DNA from: Paecilomyces variotii
Taxonomy: Eukaryota
Strand: one strand, 5' to 3'
DNA length: 64,000 nt
NCBI GenBank assembly: GCA_004022145.1
Contig: RCNU01000010.1
Of the stretch, positions 37,834 through 51,000 are shown piece by piece (the stretch's first letter is position 1; every line of letters starts with the position of its first letter). Position numbers and translations under genes: made by a program. A model generated the notes under the pieces. That model was not told the DNA's origin. It did no database searches and was given only the letters and a program-made list of their open reading frames with translations.

Positions 37834-38787
37834 ATGAAGCTGCTACTACTATATAGACGGCCGGTCTTTCTGACCTGGCGAGTTTCTAGCCATGGAAGGG
37901 GTATGTCATCATTCATTAAATATGCCATTGCTACTTTATACATACTAATAAATCAACTCCAACCAGGAATATCAACATCCCGCCTCCCCACCAGCTCACG
38001 AATCCCTCCACGACTCAGTCCACAACAATCGCTCCTCCATCGCTCCATCGCCACGAACGCAACGGCCCTAAACAAACACGCACAGCAATCCTCGCCCTCG
38101 AACGAAGAAGAGGAACAATCCTCTCCGTCCCTCTCAGACCAAGTCCGCTTCCTCATGCGCCAGGTCCCGCACCCTGTCGCCATCATCACCGCAACAGACC
38201 CCAACAGCCCAACAGCAAACGAAGCATATCGCGGAATGACCGTCTCGTCCTTCAACACTGTGACTCTCTATCCAGAACCCGTCATTTCATTTAACGTGAA
38301 ACGACCCTCGGAGACGCTCCACGCCCTCCAGACCTCGGGCCATTTCCACGTACATTTGCTCGCGCCGAGCGAAGCGACTGCGAAACTCGCGCGCGATTTC
38401 TCAAGAGGGAATAATAACTTACAGATCGTGAAGGGTGAGGGAAGGTTTGAATTCTTCTCAGATTCGGGTTCCGAGACGACGGGTCAGGGGCGGGGCCCTC
38501 CAGTGCTGCAGAGGAGGAGAAAGGATAATAGCAATAAAGATGAGAATGACTCAGCCATCATCGACTTCCCGTTTATATTCGAATGCCGCGCTCATCCCCA
38601 GAAGATCGAAGTGTATGACCATACCATCGTGCTGGGGACCGTGGTGCGCACCCTTCGACATCCTGCTGCTGGACGACGGGGAGGTATAAGTGGAAATGCG
38701 AGAGATGATGACGATCCGCATTCAAAGGAGGATCTCTGCTTGACGTATGCGGATACCAGGTTTTGGAAGATGGGTGAGGTCGTATAG
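37834..38787 (+). CDS. Flavin-reductase-like FMN-binding protein (probable in-frame intron at about 37901-37966)
   Basis: RFLMRQVPHPVAIIT, RGMTVSSFNTVTL.PEPVISFNV and DHTIVLGTV motifs. Confidence 0.85.
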   Translation: MKLLLLYRRPVFLTWRVSSHGRGMSSFIKYAIATLYILINQLQPGISTSRLPTSSRIPPRLSPQQSLLHRSIATNATALNKHAQQSSPSNEEEEQSSPSLSDQVRFLMRQVPHPVAIITATDPNSPTANEAYRGMTVSSFNTVTLYPEPVISFNVKRPSETLHALQTSGHFHVHLLAPSEATAKLARDFSRGNNNLQIVKGEGRFEFFSDSGSETTGQGRGPPVLQRRRKDNSNKDENDSAIIDFPFIFECRAHPQKIEVYDHTIVLGTVVRTLRHPAAGRRGGISGNARDDDDPHSKEDLCLTYADTRFWKMGEVV

Positions 38788-39412
38788 TCAATAGGTTAGG
38801 GTCATTGGCTCGTTTTACCTTTATGCAAGAGATACCATGGTTTTTATGTACAGTACAATATTTGCGGAATGGAAAAAGTCCAATGTCAATGTTACAAGCT
38901 TCAATCGCTGGGTTGGTCCAGCTATTCTTGGACTATCCTTATAGTGTGGACAATATAATATAGAGGTTATGTGAATCGAATTAGCAGGTAGAAACTTTTT
39001 GGCATTCGTTTTTTTCCCGTTCTTCGGGCTGGTCCGGCTAGCTACAAATGTCCCAATTCCATTGCAAGCTCCTTTCCCTTCTGCTGGTTCTTGTTCCATT
39101 CGTGTACAAAGCGTCTTACCGGCCGCCTCGGTGGACATGGCGACTAGACAGGATATTGTCAAGAGAACAAGATATCCGTGGAGTAGAATCGAGGATTCAC
39201 GGAGGGTAGGAGGCTGACAGTGATCAAAGAACCCATCTATAAGACGTACGAAGAAGCCGATTCAAGCTGGAAGAGAAGAGCGAATCACGAACATGGTGGA
39301 CAACCAAACGACCAAACAAAGCACGCAGGGAGAGATGCCCCTAACCGAGAGGACGTGCCACAGCTGAGAAGCAAGCTGTATATTGGGAGAACAGATAGAT
39401 CTTCTAGCTCAA

Positions 39413-42400
39413 TTACCAGATCCCCTTTCCGCGAGAAGAGCTGGGGCTACCACTGCCGCTTCCACTGCCGCTTCCACTTCCACTGCCCCGGCTCGCCGCC
39501 CGATTGAATGGACTAGCAATGAGTCCGTAGCCAAGGTTGGCCTGGAGTGAGTCGGAACCAGAGCTTCTTCTCTTTACTGCCACGCTGTCAGGCACATCAA
39601 CCGCCAGTGAGGGCACCCGACCCATGTCCATCGCATCGAACTCAGCATACATGCTGCTACGCGCAGAACGGTTCGAAGACGAACGGTCGCGGTTGTTAGC
39701 ATCCAGACCGAAGTACGAGTTTGCGCGTACCAGAGGGGACACAGGGAACTGGTTGTTCTGCGACGCGCGCTGAATAGGACTTTCCGGGTGAGAGGACGAA
39801 GCACCGATGGGCGACGGGGAAGTCTGATGAGGACTGGACTTCAGTGGCGGGAAGGTCAACGCCAGAATCGACCTGCCGTTCGCAGAACCGGCGTTGTCCG
39901 GGTGAGAATTGGTACCGGGCAGGTTTCCTTCAGGCGTGAGAGGTCCAGTTTCCATCAGCATCTGTTGCTGCTGCTGCTGCTGTTGGATAGCCTGTTCGAT
40001 GGCGGAGGCCTGCTGCCACAGCTGGTTGGTGCGCACTTGGTAATCCTGCACAGATTGACTGATGCTTGCCAGCTGTTCATTGAAATTTGCCTCGATCTTC
40101 GCTTGCTCCTGCTCTCGGGCAAACTGTTCGGCAGCCCTACGCTCCCTCTCATTGAGCCCTTGCGCGTTGGCAGACACGATCCGTTCGTACTGTTCGTTCA
40201 CTCTCGTCCTGCGACTCTGCAGACGTTCGCGCCTCTGGATGGTCTGGTTGAGCTCAGCTTCCAAGGAAGAGAGCTCCCGGGCAACAGCTGCACGGGCAGC
40301 AACCAGTTCTTCCTTGGCCGAATTCAGCAGTTCCAGCTCTTTTTCGAACTTCGCTTTCTGCGAAGACCATTCCTCCAGTTCTTCCTCCGGAATGTGCTCC
40401 AAATTGTCGAGCTGCGATTCAAGCGCTGCGGTGGCTTCCTCCGTCTGGCGAATGTTCCGTTCCAGCTGCAAAGAGCGTTGCTTCTGACGGTTCTCGTCAT
40501 TTCCAGTATTCAGTCGGTGATTGTAGTTATCTAGCTCCTTCTTAATCCTCGAAACAACCAGTTTGTGATCATTCTTGGCTTTCTTCAAACGGGATCGTTT
40601 CTCATTCAGCTTAATCTCGGCATTGACGATCGAGTTCTTGAGAGTGGTGGTGGGAGAAGACGGTCTATACGACGGTCGTGGCGGGACAGATGGGGACAAG
40701 TTTACTGTAGAAGCTAGTTAGATCCGATGGCCACGAAATATCACATTGTACGGTCTTACCTTGTTCTGCGTGGGGTGTCGAGGGGGTCTTGACACTCACG
40801 ACGCAAATCTCCTCGCCCGTATCGCTGCGCACAAAAGAACAGGTGTATGCACAATTAGGGGCAAGACCGGAGATCTCCCCACGCCACTGAACCGCACTTG
40901 AGCCTTTAGAGTCCTCGTGGACTCTAGAGATTGTAGCAGTAGCCCAGTGGGCGCCATTGACATAGACGTAGAATGGCTCCAACTCCTCGTTTCCCAAGCC
41001 TCCAGCCTCGCAAACGGCCGATGTAGACGGTTCTTCCATCGATACGAAATCACCTGCGGCGAATTTGATTGATGAACTGTCAATGCTCGTAATCCAGACC
41101 AAACCCTCTTCCAGAGTCACTCCCTGGAGGTCTTCTTCGGTCATTGGGAGACTTCGCGCAGTTTTCGACACAGCCCTCGAATGCTCGTATTCCCTCATAA
41201 CGGTGACTTTTGTGCTCGCCAGAGCAGCCCAGAATGGTTGCCGACTTCGCACTTGATTTGCCTGCCTTCTTCGTTTCTTCGCGGATGTTAACCGGTCCCT
41301 GCTCTCTTTTAATGCGGGCGGCGTGACTACTTGGCCATCAGCGCCTATCATGGAGGAAACACTAGCGCCAGACTCGAATGCGGAATCAACCTGAGTCTGA
41401 GATCCCGCAGACGCTTCTGTATCGCCTCGTTTCCCAGTTCGAGATGGTGGGGTAGAACGGTTTTTAGCCATTGATCTTCTTGCCATGGCGGTTCCCGCCT
41501 GTGCTAGGATATGAACGGCCAAGAGACTCCTGATCCAGCTCGGTGAGGTTTGCGATTCAGCGCGTCTGAACTCAGGCGGTATGAGATGGGCGTATTGTGC
41601 GAGCATATCGGGGCTGATTATCTTTGCGGAGATTAAATGCCCTAACACGAAATCCTGAATACCTTTGCTGCGGATGAGATGCAGGATCAGAACGATACCA
41701 ACACACAAAGCGTTGACACCTCCATTTTTCCCCGAACTACCACCTCCTAGCGTAATTGCGACCTGCACCTGGGCCAGATCCAGCGCGAAATTCTGCGCCC
41801 ATGACCACATGAACAGACCCCACACCAGTAAGCAGAACCCATCCATCGCGATCATCGTCCCGAGTGAAGGAGTTCCGGCGGGTCCCTGGAAGATATCGAA
41901 GTTGGACGTCAAGGATCCGGAGGAGGCGCCGCCGGGAGGCATGAAAGTCAGCGAGGCAAAGAGAAACTGGACCAGCGTAAGGACCATTGGCGGCAACTGC
42001 AGGAGGAAGATGAGAATGGCGATGGTGTCGTACATCGGGCAAGACTTGAGAATGGTTGACGCGAGCATAAACGGGTTCACGGAGGAGTTCTGGGTCGACC
42101 GCTTGGTTCCTGCTGTCGCCTTGTCGGGGCAACGAGAAGCCTGGCCTGACAGGGTCGCGTCGTCAGGCGCCGCACCGTTTGTGTGCCTGTAAGTCGCATC
42201 CACGCCACCCTTGCTATAACCGTTGACATAGGCCCGTCCATTGCTTTCCATCTTGGAGCCCTCCGCCGCAACGTTCAACTTGACCGTCGCAGCCGCCGCC
42301 GCCGCCGCGGACACCATGGCGGAATCAGAGGCACGGCCAGACAGATCAACCTGGGAGCCTGAGCTGGAGGAAACCCCGCTGGGAGGGGTCCCGTCTAGGT

Positions 42401-42506
42401 GCCCATTAGACTTCTGCTTTGTTACTCGTTTTCCGGGGCCAACGAGGCCGTTTTCGTGCCGATTGCTGTGATGATTCTTCCTAGGCGCGGCCGCTGGACG
42501 TGGCAT
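39413..42506 (-). CDS. acrB: Ubiquitination-network signalling protein AcrB-like (TM segments, FN3-like region, coiled coil), 1 intron near 40700-40760
   Basis: [50 protein letters not shown] and a C-terminal coiled coil. Confidence 0.8.
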
Positions 42507-45500
42507 CGACGAGGGAACGAAACACCCAGGTCCGAGTCAGCTTGGCAGGAACGAGCCAAGGACTTGGACCAGGCTGAAGAAATTCGAGAGACACGGCGAA
42601 GTGAATCTAGGAAAGGGATTTCGGAAGGGAGGGGGGGGGTGGTGTTGGAGAGAGCGAAAAAGAGAGAGAATGACTGCGGGAGAGGAAGTGGCAGAAGGGA
42701 CTCTGCACCAGAGAGCGAGACACTGGCGTGTGGCGGGGTTGGGATTTCGCCAAAGGTGAAGGAGAGTCGAGGTTCTGCGTAGTAGTATTATGGGAAGATC
42801 GATTTGGACGGGAAAAGGACCGGACAAAGACGAGATAATATTAGTTTGCAGTCTTGTCGATCTCGAACAGAACAAGAACGAAAGACTGTTCAAAGTTACC
42901 TTCGCTTCAGCCCTTTTTGCGTGTCTAGCGCTGTCTGGTACGGTAACGGCCGTGACCGTACGGGTACGCCTCAGTACAGCCTCTTGCCTGGGCTGTGGTT
43001 CCGACTGGCTGGTAAGTTACGAATTACAGATACGCAGTGCTTTGCTCTGGATCTGGAGGTTTGCAACACTGACTGACAGCTCAGTTGATAGCATAAAGGA
43101 CGCTCTGGAGCTATACCGTAGAGCACGATGCCATTCTCCCCAGTCGCGTGTGAGGATCTGCTGTGTTTTCAAAGCATAGATTCGGATAGTGAACTTGGCA
43201 GAGAGCACAACTTATTACTGTACGTCCTGCTAAGCTCGGCAGTGGCGCGATCTTACCTTTCGGTGACGGGCTAAGGGGAGCCTACTGTAAGCCGCGTGAC
43301 GGATAGACCGGACCTGCTCCGTCTAACGTGGACAACTGTTCCGCCAGCTGTCCATGATATGCTGGTGTTCGTGGGCGACAACGAATGGTCTGGTCCTGGT
43401 TCTACTGTACTATGTCTAGGTCTGTTTCAGGTCGAAGGCTCCGCATGATTGATATAGGATCCAATATATCTGGTCAGTCTAGGATGAAGAACGAAAGGCG
43501 GTTCATGGAGTGATATCAACAGAGCCTGTACGCAACTAGAGAGCTAAGAGATTTGTCCATTGTTTTATATATCTATATCGGACGGGCTACCAGCATCTGC
43601 ATTAGGAAGCCAGCAACTAACGACGCGCGAACTGATGGTCAATGGGGAAACCGATTTCCTGGCTCCCAGAACACCAGACATATTATTATTCAACCCAGAA
43701 ATACAGTTTCCTAGCCGTATTGCTATTTCTTTTGGTGAGCGCTTGTTAGGTTCCCAATCTTCGGTAGCCCCGACAATATGGTTTGCTTTTGTCACCCGGT
43801 AAACAGATCTATTCTCCGTCATTGAGGTGTCATCAGCACTGCGCAGTCCTTTCATGTCCAGCACAGAAGAGGAACAGTGACTCGGCACACGGTTTCTGCA
43901 ACATCCTCGGTGGGCGGAAGCATGCGACGATCACCCCGGGGCGCAGAACATACTTACAGTGTGCGGGGAAGGTCACCGCATTTTTCATATACTTCGTGGC
44001 GATGAAGGAATCGTCAGTGGTACCATTGTTATAGACAGTATCCGGTCATTTGTGTGGCCGGTCGTGAAAGTGGTTTATCCCGTAGATAATATATCATATC
44101 ATATTTCGGGTGGTCCATCATCCCCTCACCAGTGCAGGATGCATCATGTCTATGGTAGATAGCCGTTGGACGAAGACAAGGATGTCACGACATGATAGAA
44201 CAAAAACTACTATATAGTTAGTAGATCGGCCGGTTGCTCAGGCAGTCCCCTGCTCATAGAGTGCAGTAGATCAGACCAAGCCAGACAGAGGAATGGTTCC
44301 CGAGGAATATTTCCGAATCGGGAGGGCGTACGATGAAACGGTAATATCATTTCCACTCGACGGAAAGAATCCTCCGCGGTGGCCATTGTGATTTGTGCTC
44401 TTCACAGCCGGATCCGCGGACTATCTCTCCATCAAAACGCTTGCCAGCACCTTCTTTTCTGCGTCCCCGGCTGATAATCGGGCTAATGCACGTCGATTCG
44501 CGGAGGGAGATGATGAGTTTTCCGGTCTGACAGCAAATCATGGATCGATCGCGACTCCCAAAACGGACGGTCGTAGCCATTATTACCGTATTGCTTCTGC
44601 CCCGCGATGCTGTGGGTGAAGATTTTGGCTCTCCCTTAACTCGTCTGTTCAACCTCCGAGGGTCTGAAAAAGAAACTCGGACCGGTCCCAGCTACCTATT
44701 CTATATTCTCCTTCGTCTCTGGTCGATAGTAAAAAAATAATAATAATAATAATAAGCCTCTGGTGCAAAAACTCGCCCTAGAGCGGGGGACCCAAGGCCT
44801 GGGCTGGTCAGCCAAATCCACCGGGCTGTCTTTTGCCAAGCAGAGAACATTTGAAGGAAATCAGCCTTTTCCCGAAAGGCCGTCGTTACCGGTCGATAAC
44901 TGGTCTTAGTTTGAACTCTGCAGAAGAGCCTTCGTGCGCGGTACGATCATCGGCTCATGCAGCCTCAAGGCTCGAACTAACGAGCGATCCAAGCGAGTTT
45001 GTCACATGGTGCCTCTTCTCTCGCATTCGAGACGGGCTCTCTTGAACAATTGTGCCAGCAGGAGAAACCCCCCGCCAATTTGGCCGTGTTTGGATGCTGT
45101 TTCTATCATAGACAGCCTCAATGTTGAAGACGGGAGGGCGGGAATCCTGGCTCCATCGCGGCAGGAAAGCCGCCGAATGTCTGGAATGAGGGATCTCCCA
45201 AGGGCCAAATCTGGACCATTCCTGACTCATGGTAGTAATTTTTTTTTTGTTTTTTACCTTTCCTCTGCAGAAATAATCAATACCGTCCAAACTTCGAAGC
45301 TCTAGTTAATACGCGGCTGTGGCGCGGACCATTAAACGGTGGTCCTTGGCACAGACCTGTAACAACAATAATAGATCAACTCCTGTATGGCCTTTTTTCC
45401 TATCATGATCCCTCGCTTCTCTGACAGGTCATGGCCCACAAATGACGGAGCACACCTGACCATCAATAATAATAATACCAATATAGTCCTTGCCCTTGCG

Positions 45501-45682
45501 CAAAGATTGTATTTACCGCGTACTTATGTAGCAAGGGCAATGGCTAGGAAGAGAGCTTATGATGGTTCTCAAATGGTTAGAGATGTCTACATTGATAGAT
45601 ATGCTACTACAGTATTTTTACGAATAGATAGAATCCTTAGTGTAGTAATAGGGGGAAATAATCCTTATTACAGGGTGCTACG

Positions 45683-45710
45683 CTAATAATAATAATAATA
45701 ATGATAATGA
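45683..45710. repeat. (AAT)n microsatellite; another lies at about 44738-44754
   Basis: taataataataataataatgataatga seen directly. Confidence 0.8.
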
Positions 45711-45887
45711 TCATAGATATGCTAGAATATTTCTAATTTTGTAACTCGAGGCAAAGGCGGTGAACCCTGGCAGAACCACACCTTCCATTTGTATGTCGTC
45801 AAAAGGTATCTATCTCATTTGGCAAGCACTTGACTATATGTGAAATGGCCTTTGTCCAACTATCATGTTAACAAGGCAGATAGCACC

Positions 45888-47101
45888 ATGGCAGATCCGG
45901 ACAAAATTCTAATACCACCCCCACCATTGCCTAGCGATAACTATTTATGGCTTCTACGCATAGATCACCAAGCGTCGGTGCCTCCAGGGCATCGTCGGAA
46001 AAAATCAAGGGCATTCTCAGAGAATACTAAGCTCGCAGTTGGAAAGAGCTCAGAGCGTCAGAGATATTGGGCGTGCGGCAATACGCTAATCTATATTTGC
46101 CATGTTATTAATAGCCCAAGAGGATAAACAGGTAGGCAAAACACGCATTATATTATCTCTAGATGGTAAATCTAATAATATTTTTTTCAGGCTGAGCTGT
46201 GGCATGACCTTGGGCTCATAGAGTTTTGTTAAGCTTTAGATCACGGAAGCAAAGATGTCTGCAGAACATATAGGTGAGAATGAAAGAGTCTCCATTGCTT
46301 GCTATCTAAATGATAGGAATCTAACGGATATTTATGTTCCTAGACCTAGCTATCCTGATGAATCCCCCTTCGCTGCTACCTGCCATATGGTTACACATCC
46401 TACCCGTACAATGTGTCGAATCCACGATCTTCCTCTAAGGAGTTCTCCTTTTTGGTCGAATCAGTTAGGATCCTTCGACACAATGGAGTTGAGCCACGGC
46501 ACGGTTTATTAGTAGGTGATACAGCACAACCGTAGCTCCGGATAGCTACCCATAGCAGATGCAGCTCGGCTTCATGCAGAGGTCTGGATTCCAACAATTT
46601 CCCGATAGCCTCTGTGCTAAATGCAATCCTGCTATGCCCGAACAGTTCGATTGTTATTCGGATCCTGGATTTGTCTTTGCGCCTGTTGATATCGATTTCT
46701 TCATTGATTATGAGATGAAGGATGGAGAATACAGGAAATCCGCGGCTGACCAAGGGTTACCCCGAAAGCGAGCGGTTCCCACGTCTGAGGAATATAAGAA
46801 ATATTAAGTCGACAAAGGCTTAATCAGTGCTGAAGCTAAGGGTGGTCTATACCTTCCTCTATTTCTGAAATCCTATCTTCTTCGCGATCGGCTTGAGTTC
46901 GATATTAGGCCAATGCTATCAAAGCCTACAGTCTGGCACGGCGCCCCCTTGGCTTGCCTCAGACGATGCTTTCTATATCTAGGATCCCTGCGTTTGGGAT
47001 CTGTAAACAAGGCAGTCTTCGTCAAGCTTCGGAAATTGTTCGACCTTTATTTCTTCGAAGATGAAGATTCCTCTCCTTTGAGAAACCAACTATCCGATTA
47101 G
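45888..47101 (+). pseudogene. Decayed fungal HNH-endonuclease-like gene
   Basis: Fragments FSENTKLAV..YWACG..ICHVI, NAILLCP, QFDCYSDPGFVF, GGLYLPLFLKSYL and WHGAPLACLRR are broken by a frameshift near 46640 and a TAA at 46805. Family assignment is from recalled motif resemblance. Confidence 0.55.
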
Positions 47102-48828
47102 TCGGAAAGAAACGAGAGTTTACCGAGGTCTCGCCAGGAGGCTCCAGCGAGAGGTGCGTGCATACTGGAGCCTAGGACCAGACGGAGGAAGCAGTGCATC
47201 AATTTGCACCGTTACTAATTCGATCGGTTAATTCTGCGCGTGTCTCAGTCTGCTTTATACGTTATTATTTTTATTCTCCGCGCCTATGCTAGTTTATACT
47301 GTATGTTAACCGCGTATTCATCAGATCCAGAGAAGTTGTTTTAAACTAGAATTATTTCCTAGTTCCTACCTAACCATGGAAAGACCATATTGAGGTTTCT
47401 TCTCTGGAATATAGCGACCGTCTTGAACCCGTCCTCCAGACCCATCAGACGCCATGTGCCAGAACAAAATCCAGGACAATAATGGGTACGATCGATTTCA
47501 AAAGGCCTCGAGTTCATGGCAGATGACGAGGAAGACGACAATGATCACTGTAGACCTTCATCGGCTTCACAGAAGGGAAGAGCCCCAATTGCGCACCTCA
47601 TAATGGACCCGCCGACCTACGTGGATGCTGTAGTTCAGCCAGCATATAGGAACAAATTACCATAGGGATACTGGAAACCAAGTTACCCGAACGCCAAACA
47701 CCTGATGGAACCTTGGAAGCGGCAGAGTTTTCTGGTACCCTTGTGTCTTTGGATTGGAGATCCTCAAAACGAGGATCTGTTGAGTACGTATTAAGACTGG
47801 TCTTTGGGTTGGTATCATCATCGCCGTCTCTAGATAAGAATATTAATGAATTCTTTTACAGCTTTCCAACCGATCTTGAACGCTACCACTATGAGCTAAG
47901 TTACATGGTTTAGGTAGTTATTCTGCCTCTCATTATATTCGTACTTGCTTGTTTGTTTCAATAATAAGCAACATCCAGAAGGGCTGGTTACTTTACATAG
48001 TTATCCACTAGTTAGTAGTCAGCAATAGTTATAACTATGGCTCATAGTTATTTTTTTCGCGCAGAGCGCCCACGGGGACACAGACAGACCATGCCTATAT
48101 ATAGTTAGCAGAAGGCAACGCCCATGGTGTACAACCGGCAGACACAGTTGGGGGTTCCGTAATCTCTGCGAGGAGCCTTTATCATGGACAGGAAATTACG
48201 AACCCAGCCAAACTAAGAAAAGCAACACGGGGCTCGAGATCCGAGAAACGGATTTTCGACAAAAAAAGACCACCTAGAAGGGAAGGACCATGGCGAATAC
48301 GAAAGGGAGCTTCGCTAGCAGATGCTCACAATGGACGGCAAGTGTGGATGCTGGGGCAATTTCAAACCATGATACAAGCTACTGCTGGGAGCCTAGCAGA
48401 AGAGAAGCCACCGGTTTAACAGAGGCATCTGGTGCTTAGGTACTTTCCACGAAATTCCATTCCCAAACAAACTTAAGCTTAACGGTGGAGGAAGACGGCG
48501 ATTCTAGAGGCAGAACGCCTCGGTAGGTGCAGTGGCTTCACGGGGTAGCTTTCTCGAATCAAGCATCTTAGCAGCTTCAAGAGATTGCAACAGTAAGCTT
48601 CTCTTGAGCTGTGTCGACAGCTACTTTGCACCGTATCGGATGGCCAGGCATGCTTCTATCAATGCTAGTTCGGGCGAGATGTGAGGATAATAGGATACTG
48701 CATTGATGTAATCTTTCTCGATGGCTGACTCCTAAATCACTAAGGGGATAAGCAATATTCCATGTCTGGCAACAAACAGATCGCATGTCCTTGTAGAATC
48801 ATTAAGCCGTGTCATCGTAACGGGAAAG

Positions 48829-50338
48829 TTAGGCGTCCTCGTCAGCTTCTGCATCTTGCTCCGTAGACACTAGCTTAGAAGCGCCCTCTTCCTGGTCTGC
48901 ACCTCCGGTAAGGCTTTTCCCGGTGCCCTGCTGCCCTGTCCTTCCTGTAGCATCGGAGAGCAGGATATCACCGTCGCTGTCGGGATTACCATTTCCCGCA
49001 TCAACGCCTTCCGGTTGACCTTGCTGCTCCGTAGCAGATATATCAACCCCGTTGTCCGGTGCCGTCTGCGAAGTCAGCGTCATTTCGACTCCTTTTCCGT
49101 TTTGTAAGCCCATATCCTCAACTCCTAGCACTGAAGGACCACGAGCATGTGGAGCATCTTCTTCAGCTTCTGGGGATCTTCGTGCTTCGATTCCTTCACT
49201 GGACGTTACAAGATGAGACGTAACGACAATGCCCGCTTCCTGTTCCTGTCTGATGAGCTCTCCTTGTGTCACTCCGCCAGATTCTCTCCCTATCATCCGT
49301 CGCTTGTTAGCAAATCTATGTCAAAATCCATACATATTTATCCGCCTTACCTTCATCTAAAGGATCAGACCCAGCATCCTCTAGAGCGGTGTTATTTAAC
49401 CACGAGATCGGAGTCAATAGAGCACCGCCTAATGATTCATCGCTGCCCAAAGAATTGTCCGCTATCATGAAGCTTCCGCCATTTGACTGACCGTTCGCCG
49501 CGTTGATATCTCCCAGGTATGCCGTCTGCGGTAGCGGGAATATATCTGCGCTGCTAGAGACCGAAACGACTCTATCCATCGCTCTTAGGTAGGCGGGTAG
49601 TGTACGGTAATGTCGCGTCGGCCTAAGGATCAACTCTGCGAGTCTCTGGATAGTATGCGGGGGTTTTGAAGAGAAATATGACCGCAGGGTCGATTTGATC
49701 GAATTCAGAATAAGGAGCAAAGGAGGGGGCAGGGTATCATCGGCTGGTCCCGGTGCTGACTGCTGCGAATCGGGAATGCGCTCGGTAGTGTCTGAGAAAG
49801 CAGGCACAGGAGGTCTAGGAGGAGTCTGCAGGTCTTCAGGTGGAGCATTCTCCTTATTGCTGCTTGTGGGAAAACTGGCGTCTTGTGATGGGTATGAGGG
49901 GAATGACGAGCTAAGCGTCTGGGCGAGCTCCGGCGGCATCTTAGGCATCGGGAAGTCATTGTGGACTATCTAATCAAGTTGTTAGTTATAGGCGATCAAG
50001 ATGATTAGAGCGTCACATACATGATCCAATCGCTCCAACAGAGGTTCCACCATGCCAGGCCATTTCTCGCTTGAACCATGTCAACATCGGTACTCGTAGA
50101 AGACGGTTCGAATATTTAACATACTATTCCATTGAGCCATCTTTGGCCACGGCCTCTAGGACCTCTTCGTCTGCAAATCCAAGGTCAGTAATGCTCCAAT
50201 GCTCCAGTCAAAAACGGTCCCAAAGTACGCGCTAGCGGGATCAAGAGAAGAACGTGGTGATGAGGGTCAACAACAAAGAGATGCAGGACCTAAGCAGTTA
50301 CAAGGTCCGCTCAAAGGCATCTACCTACCCAAAGCCAT
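48829..50338 (-). CDS. Protein phosphatase 4 regulatory subunit 2 (PPP4R2/Psy4-like), multi-exon
   Basis: Spliced start MAL-DEEVLE, FSSKPPHTIQRLAELILRP, YLRAMDRVVSVSS and an acidic tail. Confidence 0.85.
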
Positions 50339-50800
50339 CGCGCCAACGCACGCAGAGTCCAGAGCGCAAAGCTGTGCGGGGGATAGGAAATATGATCAGG
50401 TCTGGACTCCGTCTGGCAATGCGACGCGATACGATAGGATCGTCTGGGTCTGGCGCGCCGCGGCTGTCCTAGCCTTGCGTCACTGGCGACAGCCGCGCTC
50501 TCTCCACTTCCGCGGTGGCATCGCATACAGTTGGGCTATAAAATCTCAATATGCCAGTTCACACGAACTATAAGAATATACAACTTTCGCAGGTTTTACT
50601 GAGAAACACAATGAGTGCTCTAGATAGTCTCGACATGTTATTGGTATGTAAGTACTTGGTGGGAGTTGAGTATCTCAAAGGGTCCATGAGCAATGCTTCT
50701 GACATTCTCCAGACAACGTAGAGGCGCAGAACTCTCTTTAACTGGTTTCTCATGATTTATAATTTCTGATAGATGTTCCGTGGGATAATGCAACAATTAT

Positions 50801-50868
50801 CGGGAACGAAGCCGGTGCGGCTCGTTAGTTAGATATTGATTTTATGCCATTCCCCGGAGCAGCACCCG
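50801..50868. promoter_or_regulatory. Two CGG-N8-CCG sites upstream of the aminotransferase
   Basis: cggGAACGAAGccg at 50801-50814 and cggAGCAGCACccg at 50855-50868. Confidence 0.7.
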
Positions 50869-51000
50869 AGTCATGTATGTAAGTACACCGCAAACTAGAA
50901 GATTCATCTATACATATATCCGTCAATTACTTCACCGAATAGCATATCAGTTACAGTCAAAGAATTCCATTTTGACCAATTCCCATTTCGCGTAACCAAG

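Noticed and set aside
39452-39492. Short tandem ctgccgcttcca repeats
   Set aside because: They encode the GSGSGS low-complexity tail of AcrB; not CRISPR or a mobile repeat.
43200-45400. Scattered 60-120-aa ORFs upstream of acrB
   Set aside because: No motifs and no consistent splice structure; treated as intergenic.
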